Counted from the stretch's first letter, positions 25,301-38,049 are shown. The stretch: 64,000 nt of DNA from Octopus sinensis (GCF_006345805.1 NC_043001.1:36890001-36954000), one strand, 5' to 3'. The notes: generated by a model from the sequence alone, not told the origin. Translations and numbers: made by a program.

Positions 25301-25519
25301 TTATTAAAAATTTAAAAAATACTGCGAAACTTTAAGTTGCATGGAGTCGAATCAAAGGGTTAGCTCCCCTGTCAGCACATAGATTTGTGCTTCTTTGCGG
25401 CTAAGAAGGTTTTTTACCCCTTATTTCGAGAAATTTTGGTGCTACCCTTCACTGTCAGTCACAATTAATGACAATTGAATTCTTTTTTTGTTTGGTTTTA
25501 TATTGCTTATAGCCGCTTT

Positions 25520-25545
25520 GTTATTGTGCGTGCGTGCGTGTGTAT

Positions 25546-25599
<54 letters not shown>

Positions 25600-26950
25600 T
25601 GTTTATTTACCGACACGCACATAGTCTGCCTCGGCTTTTTTCAGTTGGTTTCATCTTATTAATCATTCAAAAAGTATTTCCATCATTCTTCATTTGAAAT
25701 ACTTTTACCCTTTGTTGTCTCTCCTCCTCCCCTCTCACTTTCTCATCTCCCTCTCTTTCTCTTCTCCTCTCCCTCTCTTTCTCTTCTCCTCTCCTTCTCT
25801 CTCTTCTCCTCTCCCTTTCTCTCTCTTCTCTTCTCCCTCTCCCTCCCCATATCCGTCTCTCACACTTTCTCCCATATATCCATTCTCTCTCTTATTTACA
25901 TCTTCTATATTAACGACCACTGACTTTCAAATATCTTTCTTTCCTGTTGTCCCTCTCTCCATACATCTATATATCTACCAATGTGTACATAAGTGTGTGT
26001 CATATATATACATGAGTATATGTATGTGTTTGTGTGTGTATGTGTCTGTGTGTTTCTTCTGTGCAGATGTAAGTGTTTATGCATATATGCAAATGTACTT
26101 GTATACACACATATATATTTGCAATGATATAAATACATACATACATACATACATACATACATACATACATACATACATACATACATACATACGTACGTAC
26201 GTTTGTATGTATATATGCATGCATGTAAGTATGTGTGTGTGTATTTATTTATATGCAAGTATGAGAGCATGTGTATATTTGAATGTATATAATAAAAAGA
26301 TATATGTAGCTTCCTTCGCAATGTTTTCCTTCTCTCCAACGAGCGATATTTCATCCTCTTTTACTCTTGTCTTATTCCCTTCTACTTGTCCAATCGCCTT
26401 CTTTGCTTCTCCTCTCACGTCGCTCTCACCCAAAACTTATCCGTTCTCTTACCCTTTTTCTCTCTCCCCCCTTCTCACGCATTCCCTCTATAATCTGTCG
26501 TTTCTCTCATCTTTGGTCTCTTTTTCGTACTTTCACTTTCCCTTTGTCTCTCTCTCTCTCACTCTCGCTGTCTCAATGTTTAATTGCTTTGACGTTATCA
26601 CCACAGCATAATCACAATAGAAATAGAATTGATGGGAAAAATATAAGCTTTATTGACTTGTTTTCTTCCTTTCGTTCTTGTCTCGCCTTTTTTTTTTCGT
26701 CATACATACATGCATCTGAGTGTATGTGTGTGTGTGTGTGTGTGTGGTGTGCACGTGTGTGTGTGTGCACGCGTGTGTGTGTGCACGGGTGTGTGTGTGC
26801 ATATATTTCGTTGTTCATATTATTGGTATCATTGTTGCTAACGTTGTTCATGTTATTATTGTTGTAACCGTTAGAAATGGTGGCTCGGATGAGTATTATT
26901 GTTATTGTTATTGTTGTTGTTTTATCATAACTTCTATTTATATACTTGCT
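25520..26950. repeat. Compound (GT)n, (CT)n, (ATAC)n low-complexity field
   Basis: Directly visible. It explains the 305-aa pseudo-ORF. Confidence 0.9.
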
Positions 26951-27622
26951 TATTATTTACTGAGGGAGTGTCACGAGCTTTCGCTTCCCTGGTCAGATCA
27001 GTTTGCGGGTCAAAACCGGAATGGTCACATAGCCACCGCCATCTTAATTGAAATCTAAATGCTGAAATCAATGTCCGTTACTTGTGTATCTTTCCTTGCT
27101 CACCCTTTTTTATTTTTTAAGCAGTCTTCTCCCACATAACAGTCATTTCTACTTTCCTCTCCATCCATCTAAATACTGTTTGAATTTTCCACTCATTATG
27201 ATGTTCACCCTCTCTGTTTTCCATTAATCTCCCTCTCATTTTCTTCATCTGTCTATCTCGCTCGTTCTCCGTCTACCACCAAAAATGCAGCACCACCAAA
27301 CGAGACTACACATATAATATTTTTTTTTTCTTCTGTCGCATCCTAATTCTTTCGTCCTCTAAAGAAAAGGGGAGAGAGAAAGAGGGACGCACAGAGAGCC
27401 ACAGAAAAAGCAGAGAAGAAATAAAGAAAGGGATATTTTGAATATTTTAGACATATAAAAACAAATTATTTATATATTTCTAAATGCATTGTGTAATAAC
27501 ATAAATATACACAAAGTTCATATAAAGACGCAAATAAACAACATACACGCACACATACATATATATTTTGTATGTCAGTGCATATGATGTATATGGATAT
27601 GCATGTGTATGTATGTGTGTGT

Positions 27623-27684
<62 letters not shown>

Positions 27685-28419
27685 AAATATAAGATACAGT
27701 ATTTATAAGAATTTATCAAGTAGTCAGTGTGAAAACCTTATAAGGGAAAATTTTGTAATCATTTCCTTTAAATATGATTTGCGGCTGAATCTGTTTTTAA
27801 GGGTTGGGTTCCAGCTTGCATTCCCTCGCTGTCTGTACACTGTATATTTACTATGGAAGTTTTGCCTTTAAGAGCCTCTCATAGCCTGAGGCATTTACGT
27901 GTAATTCCCTTAATAAAATATACATACAAATATATATATACATATATATATATATATACATATATATATACATACATATATATACATATATACATATATA
28001 CACACCTATACATATACGTAAATATGCATAAATACATAAATACACACTGGCACTTTCACACACACATCACACGCACACACACGCACACACACACATATAT
28101 ATGTGTATATATATATATATATGCATGTATGTATGCATGTATGTATGTATGTATGTATGTAGGTATGTATGTATGTATGTTTGTATGTATGTATGTATGT
28201 ATGTAGGTATGTATGTTTGTATGAATGTATGTATGTATGTATGTATGTGTGTGTGTTGTGTGTGTGTGTGTGCACTTGCTATATGTTGTAACGTAGAGAT
28301 CAAAGTTATTCACTTTGTAGCGGCTTCTGTATATTGTCATTGACATTGATCTCGCTTCATCAGGAAACAATAAAGTTATAATCATCATTGTCGTAATCCC
28401 TGCCATCACAGTGCGTCGA

Positions 28420-28590
28420 AGAAAATGCGTATCGGTATTCCTCCCGGTTCTTTACGTTCAAATGATACTGCTATCAACTTTGCCTTATATCCTTTTAGGA
28501 TTTATATAAGTGCCAGTTTTGCACTGAGACCGATGTAATTGGCTCCCCTCCCCCTCAAACAGTGATTTCCTTCTGCCAAAATTTGAAAGA
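28420..28590 (+). mobile_element. SINE family B, strongly diverged
   Basis: CAACTTTGCCTTATATCC...ATAAGTGCCAG..GCACTGAGACCGATGTAAT...CCAAAATTTGAAA. Confidence 0.55.
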
Positions 28591-28618
28591 ATTACTATTT
28601 TTGTTCTTGTTCTTGTTA

Positions 28619-28619
<1 letters not shown>

Positions 28620-28680
<61 letters not shown>

Positions 28681-29390
28681 GAGTGAGAGAGCAGTGACAC
28701 TGGGGTAAAATATACAAAGCTCAGTATACTCATCGTGACTACCTGTCTGATAAGGGCACACCAGGCACATCATCACCACCATATGTGCGTGACATAGTAA
28801 ATTGCTGGCCTTGTACCAAAATTTGAAATCATTACTAGTAGTAGTAGTAGTAGTAGTGTTGTTGTTGTTGTTGTTGTTATTGTGGCGACAGGAGTAGCAG
28901 TATAATATAATGTGTTTCGTTCGTCGAGATGTACTTCTTTTCCTTAATATCCTTCTTAGTGGGGTTTTTTTTTTCTCGTTTCTAAGGACATCGATCTCCG
29001 TTTTAATGTCTGTCCTTCCGAAATCAAGATTAACAGCGCATGACCTTGCAGGTGGGGCCCAATTAAAATTTTCTTCAAGTTGAGTAGCCCATTCCCCTCA
29101 AAAGGTCCCTAAATAAGGACTGTTTAAGGATGTTGATTGAAACACCCGTGTTTCCAGAGGTGAATTATTCAAATCCCAAAGAATCCCTCTCAACACATGG
29201 CTATGATTCTCCCCCACTACTTCTGCTCGTGATCAGAGATGCACATGTCGTACACCACTAAGGGATATGCTCAACTGGTTAAGCTCAAACAACTGACAAG
29301 CAAATCTGTGGTATTGAGTATTTGCTGTAGCCCATCTTTTATACCAAGACAAAACAATGTACATGATGACACCTCCAATCAGTTAAGAGG
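28620..29390 (-). mobile_element. Retroposon (LINE-type) 3' region with (AAT)n tail, interrupted by a local duplication
   Basis: The minus strand ends CACTGCTCTCTCACTC(AAT)n. It is colinear with the 21785-21960 copy on both sides of the insert at 28799-29024. Confidence 0.6.
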
Positions 29391-29446
29391 TTCCTTAATA
29401 AGGATTGTTTAAGTATGTTGAACGAAACACCCATGTTTCCGAAGGA

Positions 29447-29513
<67 letters not shown>

Positions 29514-29549
29514 CATTATTATCAATTTTATCGTGATGATTATCATCAT

Positions 29550-30070
29550 AATCATCATTATCATCATTGATTATGAACAATATCAAAGCAGTGGCAGAAT
29601 AGCTAGCACACTGGCTTAACGGTATTTTGCCCGTCGCTACGTTCTGAGTTCAACTTCCGTCGAGGTCGGCTTTGCCTTTCATTCTTTCGGGGTGTCGGTG
29701 AATTAAGTACCAGTGAAACACTGGGGTCGATGTAATCGACTTATCCCTTCTTCCAAAATGGCTGCCCTTGTGGCAAAATTTGAAACCATTATTATTATTA
29801 TGAATCTTATCGTTATCATCATCATCATCATCCTCATTGATTATCAACAATATTAAGGCAGCGAACTAACGGAATCGTTGGTACGCCGGACAAAATGCTT
29901 GATGGTATTTCGTCCGTCTTTATGTTTGGAGTTCAAATTCTGCCGAGGTTAACTTTGCCTTTCATCCTTTTGGTGTCGATAAAATAAGTACCAGCTGAGT
30001 ACTGGGGTCGATGTAATCGACTTACTCCTCCTCTAAAATTGCTGGCCTCGTACCAAAATTTGAAATCATT
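29550..30070 (+). mobile_element. Two tandem SINE family B copies sharing a 5' flank
   Basis: Both copies (29588-29790 and 29856-30070) are preceded by (ATC)n CATTGATTAT(G/C)AACAATAT(C/T)AA. Confidence 0.8.
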
Positions 30071-30094
30071 AGTAGTAGTAGTAGTAGTAGTAGT

Positions 30095-30127
<33 letters not shown>

Positions 30128-30761
30128 CAGTAGTAGTAGTTGTTATTGTTGTTGTTATTGTGGCAGCAGGAGTAGCAGTATAATATAATGTGTTTCGTTC
30201 GTCGAGATGTACTTCTTTTCCTTAATATCCTTCTTAGTGGTTATTTTTTTTTCTCGTTTCTAAGGACATCGATCTCGGTTTTAATGTGTGTCCTTCCGAA
30301 ATTTACGTCCAGTTTCAGTGAGATGTAAATAGATGGGAAAAAGGGGAAATATATATATATATATATATGAGCTTTTGGTTTTAGTGTCAACTGTCCTAAT
30401 TTGTCAAATCTAATGATGCTTATGTTTATCTCTAGAGAGACAGTTCCAAAACGCAAACTCTAAGACATATAGGAAACAATGGCAGCTAGCTTTTAAAAAA
30501 TATATATATCTTAACCTACCCTCATTCGGTGTCAACGTGGAAGGACTAAACTCTCCTACACGAGGAAAAGAATCAAAACAATGAAAGGAGAAAAATGATT
30601 AACTAAGTAAGCTGTTTCTGCTTTCATATGCATGTCCTTATGAAACAACAAAATATTGCTGACATTCCAAGTATTTCACTCCATCCAATGGAATATGTTT
30701 CTCGAGCTGCACACTACATCACATAAACCATCAAGCATTTAGTGTGCCTTTAATATATATA

Positions 30762-30828
<67 letters not shown>

Positions 30829-31217
30829 TGTGTGTGTGTTGTGTGTGTGTGTGTGTGTGTGTGTATGTATATGTATATGTATGTATGTTTGTATGTATGT
30901 ATATGCATATACCAACAGAAAAACCGACATCTGGGTGGCTTTTTACTACCTCTTGCATTATATTTATAAACTTTATTCCTATTTTGTGGCGATCATATAG
31001 AAATATAATGTGGAAAAAACGGTGAGTAAACGGATGCTTCAGTACATCGATTTCGTTTTCACATCGTTTTTATGGTTTAATTACAATTATTTTGAAAATA
31101 TGACTTTTACAACCTATGCGATCTGTTATTTCTAGCATACTAAACGACTACGTATGGTGGGTCACTTTTGAGTTTGTTTAAAAGGTTAAGAATACGATAA
31201 AATAATGGAAGAAATAA

Positions 31218-31541
31218 GACTCCTTTCGGTCATCTATGACCATGGGATTGTACCTAGAAAGTTTCCCCCGAGGCACAAGTCCTAGAAAGGTTGCTTATGG
31301 GAGTCTAACCGTCGCCCATTCATTCCAGCCTCCACACCACCGATGTTATCCAAAGGAAAGGCAGTGGCCAATACAGCTTGGCACCAGTGACGTCGCAACT
31401 CATTTCTACAGCTGAGTGAACTGGAGCAACGTGGAATAAAGTAGCTAGTTCAAGAACTCAACACACAACCCGGTCCGAGAATTGAACTCACTACCTGATG
31501 ATTGAGGGCCCGACGCTCTAACCACTTGGTCAAGCGCCTTC
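31218..31541 (-). mobile_element. tRNA-derived SINE, family C (CORE-like central box)
   Basis: Minus strand: A box TGACCAAGTGG, B box GAGTTCAATTCTC, then ACTTTATTCCACGTTGCTCCAGTTCACTCAGCTGTAGAAATGAG. Confidence 0.75.
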
Positions 31542-32431
31542 AATGAAAGACACGCATTCAGTAATTAGTGTTAATATTTTACTCATCTTTCTAGAAAGAT
31601 TTCATTCACAAGATTCTCAGGAAAGGCTGGTATAGTCTTCAAAAGTAATTTTATTCAACATAATTGAGATGAAATCATCAACATGTATAAAAACAAAAAC
31701 AAAGGCAAGGTACGTGAAAATTCGCCCCAAGGTGGGGGGTTTTTTTCACCTTAATTTCCGATGTCATCGTAAACAACAATATCTGAAAGACATTTGTAGA
31801 AAATTACATTAAAAGATACCCATTTTCCTGAACATGACAAATTGACCCAAATTAAAACTACTTATATTATTCAACTTCTATTTCTTTAACAACACCCAAC
31901 AAATATGAAAGAATACTGGAATCATTATATTTGATAGGCACTTAATTAAACTTGTAATGTGTAGAAAGTAGCGCTACAAATATTTGGGCAACGTTTATAT
32001 CTCCAGAAATATAATGCCACTGTGAATTTTGATGTAAGCGTGTGTGTATACAAGAAATATTCAATAATATAAGCAACTTCAAAACGACATTTTGATAAAA
32101 ATATGTTAAAACCAGAATTTTCTGCGTAACGCAGCAATTAATATTTGTTTTCTTTTAGTAAAGGTCACATACTTACAACTAATTATTAAGTAATCATCTC
32201 CATTATAATATACTTATACATAGACAAATATATGGATTATATATTAAATATATATGTATACATACATATCATTTATGCATGTATCATGCATATATAGATA
32301 TATGCACACACGCATGCACACACATACACGCACTCTCTCTCACACACACACACACTTTCGTGTGTGCGCGCATGCAGACACACCTACATGCAGGTAGTTA
32401 TAGAAAGTTGAAAAAAGAATGTATATGCGTG

Positions 32432-32461
<30 letters not shown>

Positions 32462-32462
<1 letters not shown>

Positions 32463-32773
32463 GACGTAATCACCGTGACCGGCCAGGCTGTCAGATGATG
32501 CTACACATCGCTGGTCACAATGCTCTTCGCATTGTTTTAGCCTTCAAATGATGCCACCCCGCTGGCTAAGCGAGCAGGCCAACAGAAGAAAGAGTGAGAG
32601 AAAGTGGTGGCGAAAGAGTACACCAGGGATCGCCACCACTCCCTGCCGGAGCCTCGTGGAGCTTTAGATGTTTTCACTCAATAAACACTCACAACGCCGC
32701 CCGGTCTGGGAATCGAAACCGCGATCCTACGACCACGAGTTCGCTACCCTAACCACTGGGCCATTGCGCCTCC
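32462..32773 (-). mobile_element. tRNA-derived SINE, family D
   Basis: Minus strand head GGAGGCGCAATGGCCCAGTGGTTAGGG...GGTTTCGATTCCC (A and B boxes), followed by about 230 bp of non-tRNA body flanked by (AT)n. Confidence 0.75.
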
Positions 32774-32810
<37 letters not shown>

Positions 32811-32812
32811 CA

Positions 32813-32954
32813 GAATTTATAAATATTTAATACATCGCTAGGTATGTTTCCACAGATCAGACGATTTCGATATCAGAGACGACACTGATTCTGATGTCAA
32901 AATCATCTGGTTTATGGAAACGTATGTAGCGATGTATTAAATATTTATAAATTC
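32813..32954. repeat. Long imperfect inverted repeat (foldback/MITE-like)
   Basis: GAATTTATAAATATTTAATACATCGCTA matches exactly in reverse complement at the right end. The inner arms also pair (GTTTCCA/TGGAAAC, GATATCAGA/TCTGATGTC) around a loop of about 12 nt. Confidence 0.85.
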
Positions 32955-33121
32955 CATCCTGGCATTATTGTTAATATTATATCTATCCCACATTATATCG
33001 GTATAACCATGATGCAACACCGAAAATCTAACCCACTACTCAGTATCATTAAACGGTAACCGGCATAATGAAATAAGAGCTTTATTGGCATACCCCTAAC
33101 GTTACCTAAACGAATTAAAAG

Positions 33122-33224
<103 letters not shown>

Positions 33225-33231
33225 TTGTGGT

Positions 33232-33390
33232 GTCGCCATGATAGATCGTTAGCAACTACACACATTTTCCTTTCTTGTTTCTCTCTCTTTGTCTTTTTCT
33301 GTGTCCCTTTCTGCAGAAGAGCGTAGGCTCGAAACGTAAAAGACTTTTTTCTATTCTTGAGCGCTATACTAATTCATCTGTTTGCTTTGT
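33232..33390 (+). mobile_element. Second copy of the short repeat with a hammerhead-like motif
   Basis: CUUU-CUGCAGA-A-GAGC GUAG GCUC-GAAA-CGU-A-AAAG at 33307-33342. Confidence 0.65.
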
Positions 33391-33420
33391 ACACTCTCCC
33401 TATACATATATATTATATAT

Positions 33421-33483
<63 letters not shown>

Positions 33484-33989
33484 GTAATAAATAAAATATA
33501 TGCATACATACAAACATATATGTACGTACCTACATCTACATGTATATATACATGCATATATAAATATATATATACGTGAGTACAGGACACCGCAACTAGA
33601 CGTAGAACTCAACGAAAAACGAAAACTGACAAGCCATTTTTTTACAACAAAAAAAAAACAGAGACGAAACGAAAACGAGAAAAACATTATTTTTTTCAAC
33701 AGAAAAACAAGGTACAGGACACACCACACAAGGAAAAAAAAACAGTCATATATATATATATATATATATATGTCCGATGCATATAAATAGACAGAGAGAA
33801 AGAAAGAGTGAGAGTGTGTGAGTGAGTGAATGAGCGAGTGAGTGAGTGAGTGAGTGAGGACATTCTTCTTGACAAAGTATCAGCATACTAAGAGTTTAAG
33901 ATTCTGTAAACTAAGTGTTTACTTTCTAATAATCTACCAACGACAGATATGCCGAACTCCATCGCGAATAGTAAGACTATTTCTAATAT

Positions 33990-34365
33990 CGGCATAAAGC
34001 CTGACATTTGTGGGCGAGGAGTTAGCCAGTTACATCGACCCCAGTGCCGAATAGTTCCTGTGTTTAAGAATAGTGCGAAAGGCCTGGTTTAGGCCTCAAC
34101 CCTCCAAGTTCTTTTACATGGCCTAGAAAACCCGAAGGACCACTGCTGTAAGTGTATGAATCTGAAAGTGGAATATGTTGAATTAAATCCTAATTAACTA
34201 ATCCTCCTGTATTTTCTTTTACCCGAAGCCAGGAACTCCCTTGTATTTCATAGACCGCGGAAGGCTGAAAGGCGAAGTTGGCCGCAGTAGAATTTGAAGT
34301 CAGAACGTAATGAGTCGGAAGAAACAATGCTAAGAATTGTGTCCAATGATCTAATGACTCAGAAA
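33990..34365 (-). mobile_element. Diverged SINE family B split by a mariner MITE (34053-34237)
   Basis: SINE halves lie on each side. The insert is bounded by AGTTCCTG/CAGGAACT and is homologous to 21534-21733. Confidence 0.7.
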
Positions 34366-35123
34366 ATAACGTAACAGTACCAGTGTGGAAATTAAGATAG
34401 TGCTTTTCTTGCGGTATAGGAAATTATGCTATGTAAATATTGATAGATTGCCGGACTGAAAGGAAAATAAAGAATCCAGTCCAGGACTAAAAGTATGGCA
34501 AAGAAAGAAAAGTTAAAGTGCATCCTTTGATAATTAAAATCTACATAGAAGAGATACAATTCCACTCCATGCAAAGGGCTGGTGATGAATCCTATGTAAA
34601 ATGTATATGTTGTCTTTCTTCTACTTTTTATTGCTTTCTTTGTTTATTTAAGTTTGTTTTTGTTTTTGCTTTTCATTTTGTTAAATTTGGCATTGGTGTC
34701 GAATGGTCAACTATTTGCTTTGGTAGTTAGTTCGCTTAGTAGTTTGTAGCAGCAGCCTGAGCAGAAAAATTAGAAAGCGGGAGTGAGAACTATCTTTTGT
34801 TCCATTTGCTCTTTGTATGTTATTCGTAATTTAGCAGATACTTCACATCTCACGAAGTTGTATGTGTGGCTTTCATCTGGTTTTCGTTCAGTCTAACGGC
34901 AAATATCTGCTCTTCTATTCCATCCTTTCACACATTCTTTCCCACCCCTTCTCGCTTTGTCTTTCTTATTTCCGCCTGCTCCCTCTCTCTTCATTTCAAT
35001 TTTTCTCCACTTTTCATCTGCGGCCTTGTATTTCTCTGTCTCTCTCTCTCTCTCTCTTGACCCCAACGTTTGTTTTGTCCCCTCTTTTTCTCAACCTTAT
35101 GGTGAATAAAGAAATACTCTCAA

Positions 35124-35154
<31 letters not shown>

Positions 35155-35371
35155 TTCTCTCTCTCCCTTTCTCTCTCTCCCTTTCTCTCTCTCTCTCTGT
35201 TTGTCTCTCTCTCTGTCTCTCTCTTTCTCTCACTCCCTTTCTCTCTCTATATATATATATATCTATCTTTCTCTCTCATTATCTCTCTCTACATATATAT
35301 ATCTGTCTTTCTCTCTCTGTTCATTTCAATCTTTTTTTCTCTACTTTTCATTTGATCCTTTGTATTTCTTG

Positions 35372-35415
<44 letters not shown>

Positions 35416-35699
35416 TCCTCTCTCTTTCTCTCTCTTCCTCTCTCTCTTCTCTCTCTTCCCCTCTCTCCCTCTCTCTCTTTTTCCCTCTTTCTCTCTTCCT
35501 CTTTTACTCTCCCACTTCTCTCCTTCCTTTTTCTCTCTCATTCTCTTCCTCTCATACCCTATTTGTCCCTCCATTACTACTAAAACATTTCTAGAATCTG
35601 ATCAGTAGAAAGTTAGGAGACTATCTGCTATCAATTAAAATACATTCATGACTATTTTCTGAAGACTTTAGTCTTTTTTCCATATTGTAGTAGAACTAA

Positions 35700-36185
35700 C
35701 AATATATGGGTCAAAAGAATGTCTAACTCAACCCCACAGCTTAGATTTCCATTAGGCTTACTTGAAATCAATTAAGAAAGAGCTCTGCAAAACAGAACTG
35801 GCCCAGAGTATTCTCTATGAAAGACATTGACTTGAAACTGTAGCAATTTATGTCAACAAAGCCAGCTATATTCATTAAAACTGCTACAGATGGGAAGACC
35901 AATGTTTAGAAATATATCATTTCCAGGGACAAAAACATTTTCATGCGATGAACAATGCTCTCAAATTGCTTAAATGGACAAACCATTGACATAAATAAAC
36001 CAATTTAAGAATAGCATTTCTGGAAATTGAAAGTAAAATAAAAGGCTCCCATGAAACGAGTGAACAATAACGAAAGATAGCAGGGAGGTAGAAACCGTAA
36101 GAACATTACTTCTGAAGTTTTATACATTTGTAAAAGAAACAGCTTCAGTGCAGTAGAAAATAGGACCATTAATTGGAAAGAAACC
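35700..36185 (+). pseudogene. Possible highly decayed LINE reverse transcriptase segment
   Basis: Only weak motif echoes (TGPE, IAFLEIE, TASVQ..G) in broken frames. Confidence 0.25.
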
Positions 36186-36189
36186 GCTT

Positions 36190-36550
36190 ACTTATTGCAC
36201 CACATGGTTCCGGGTTCATTCCCACTGCGTGGCAACTTGGGCAAATGTCTACTACTATAGCGTCGGGCCAACCAAAGCTTTGTGAGTGGATTTGGTAGAC
36301 GGAAACTGAAAGAAGCCTGTCGTATATATGCATATATATATGTATGTGTGTATATATGTTTGTGTGTCTGTGTTTGTCTCCCCAACATCGCTTGACAACC
36401 GATGCTGGTGTATTTTCGTCCCCGTAACTTAGCGATTCAGCAAAAAGAGACCGGTAGAATAAGTACTAGGCTTACAAAAAATAAGTTCTGGGGTCGATTT
36501 TCTCGACTAAAAGCGGTGTTCCAGCATGGCCGCAGTCAAATGACTGAAAT
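36190..36550 (+). mobile_element. SINE family A, slightly 5'-truncated
   Basis: CCACATGGTTCCGGGTTCATTCCCACTGCGTGGCAACTTGGGCAA...GCAGTCAAATGACTGAAA. Confidence 0.85.
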
Positions 36551-36566
36551 ACCAGTGGTAGAGTAT

Positions 36567-36735
36567 TATGCTTTATTTAAAGCAGCAGAATATTCAACAA
36601 AACCTGTTACTCTGAGTTTCACGTTGCCGTTCGTCGGACAGTTTTTGCTAGATTCTAGCAAAAACTGTCAGACGAAAGGCAACGTGAAACTCAGAGAAAC
36701 AGGTTTTGTTGAATTTTCTGCTGCTTTAAATAAAG

Positions 36736-36739
<4 letters not shown>
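36567..36739. repeat. Near-perfect palindrome, about 85-bp arms, 3-nt loop
   Basis: Arms CTTTATTTAAAGCAGCAG...TTTTTGCTAG and CTAGCAAAAA...CTGCTGCTTTAAATAAAG, loop ATT at 36652-36654, four internal mismatches counted. Confidence 0.9.
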
Positions 36740-36767
<28 letters not shown>

Positions 36768-36984
36768 AAGGGTATGAGAGATATTGGTATCAAGAAGACC
36801 CAAAGGTGTCGAGAAATTGTAAGTGCTATGGACAGACTATAGTAAAGCTCCAGGTTCGATAATGATACGAATGAGGAGTCCAACTTAGTCGGTATTATGT
36901 ATATAAATGTTCTGAAAACTATTCAGCGCCTTGTTAATAATATATTATTATATATATATTAATATATATATTATATATATATAT

Positions 36985-37500
36985 ATACTAATCCAAACAT
37001 GAACAAGTAAGAAAAAACAACAACGCGAGGACGTGGAATAAGTGCAGTGTTAGTGGACGCTCAGGAAAGGAAAGAAAAGAAAGAGGATTTCACGTTTCGA
37101 GCACAGCTCTTCATCAGAAATATAGAAAAAGTCCAAAGAAGGGAAGACGGAGAAAGAAAATCGCCAACGATACACACGAGGTCACATATTGAAATGACCG
37201 GAAGGGAATGGGTGAAGAAAAAGTTCCTTCAAAGAAAGGAGAGTTCAAGAGAATGAGGTATTTGTGTATATGTGTAGGTATGTGCGTGCGCGCAGGTTTC
37301 TGTGTATTTGTGCGTGTAATGATAGCACGTGTGTGAGCATGTGTGTGTGCGTGTGGTTGTGGCTGTTGATGTATGAGTGTGGTTGGACTTAGTGTCGTTT
37401 CAGATCATAGGAAGAATTTATAGTAAGAATTTTGGTAGCAGCGGCTGTCTGTTGTGTGTCTCCCTACACATGTGCGTAGGAGAATGGTCAGTAGAAAGGT
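36985..37500 (-). mobile_element. Probable Penelope-type terminal repeat with a minimal hammerhead
   Basis: Minus strand AUUU-CUGAUGA-A-GAGC UGU GCUC-GAAA-CGU-G-AAAU at 37087-37121. The Penelope assignment and the boundaries are inferred. Confidence 0.55.
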
Positions 37501-38000
37501 GTATAACTGGTAGTTTGAGGTATGTGTATGCGTGTATTTATATGTAGTGTGTGTGTGTTATGTTTGCAGTGTGTGTGTGTATGTGTGTGTGTACGTGTGG
37601 GTATGTGTGTACGCGTGAGGTTGTGTCTGGAGTAAATGTATGTTACTCTGTATGTGTGTGCGTGTGTGCTTGTATGTGCGTGTGTGTCCATGCATGTATA
37701 ATTGTGAGCGTGTATGTATGAGTGTGTGTTGTGTGTGTATGGGAGGTATGTATGGGTTCATGAGAATTGCTAAGCAAGTAATGTTTTACGACAGTCAAAT
37801 TTACACAAGGAAATGGATCTCATCAATTAAAACGATATGAAAGAATATCTAAGATATATACAAATAAACAGAACTCACTAGCTGGCTTTCATACCAGAAT
37901 GAATTCATCTCTACACGTCTACATTATACTGCATTACATTACAACACTATTATGTTATATAACACTATAATAAAATAATAATACGAATTGCAATACATAC

Positions 38001-38049
<49 letters not shown>

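Noticed and set aside
32700-32773. tRNA-like sequences (also the heads of SINE families A, B and C)
   Set aside because: A and B boxes continue into SINE bodies found in multiple copies, and I could not fold complete cloverleafs. They are SINE heads, not tRNA genes.
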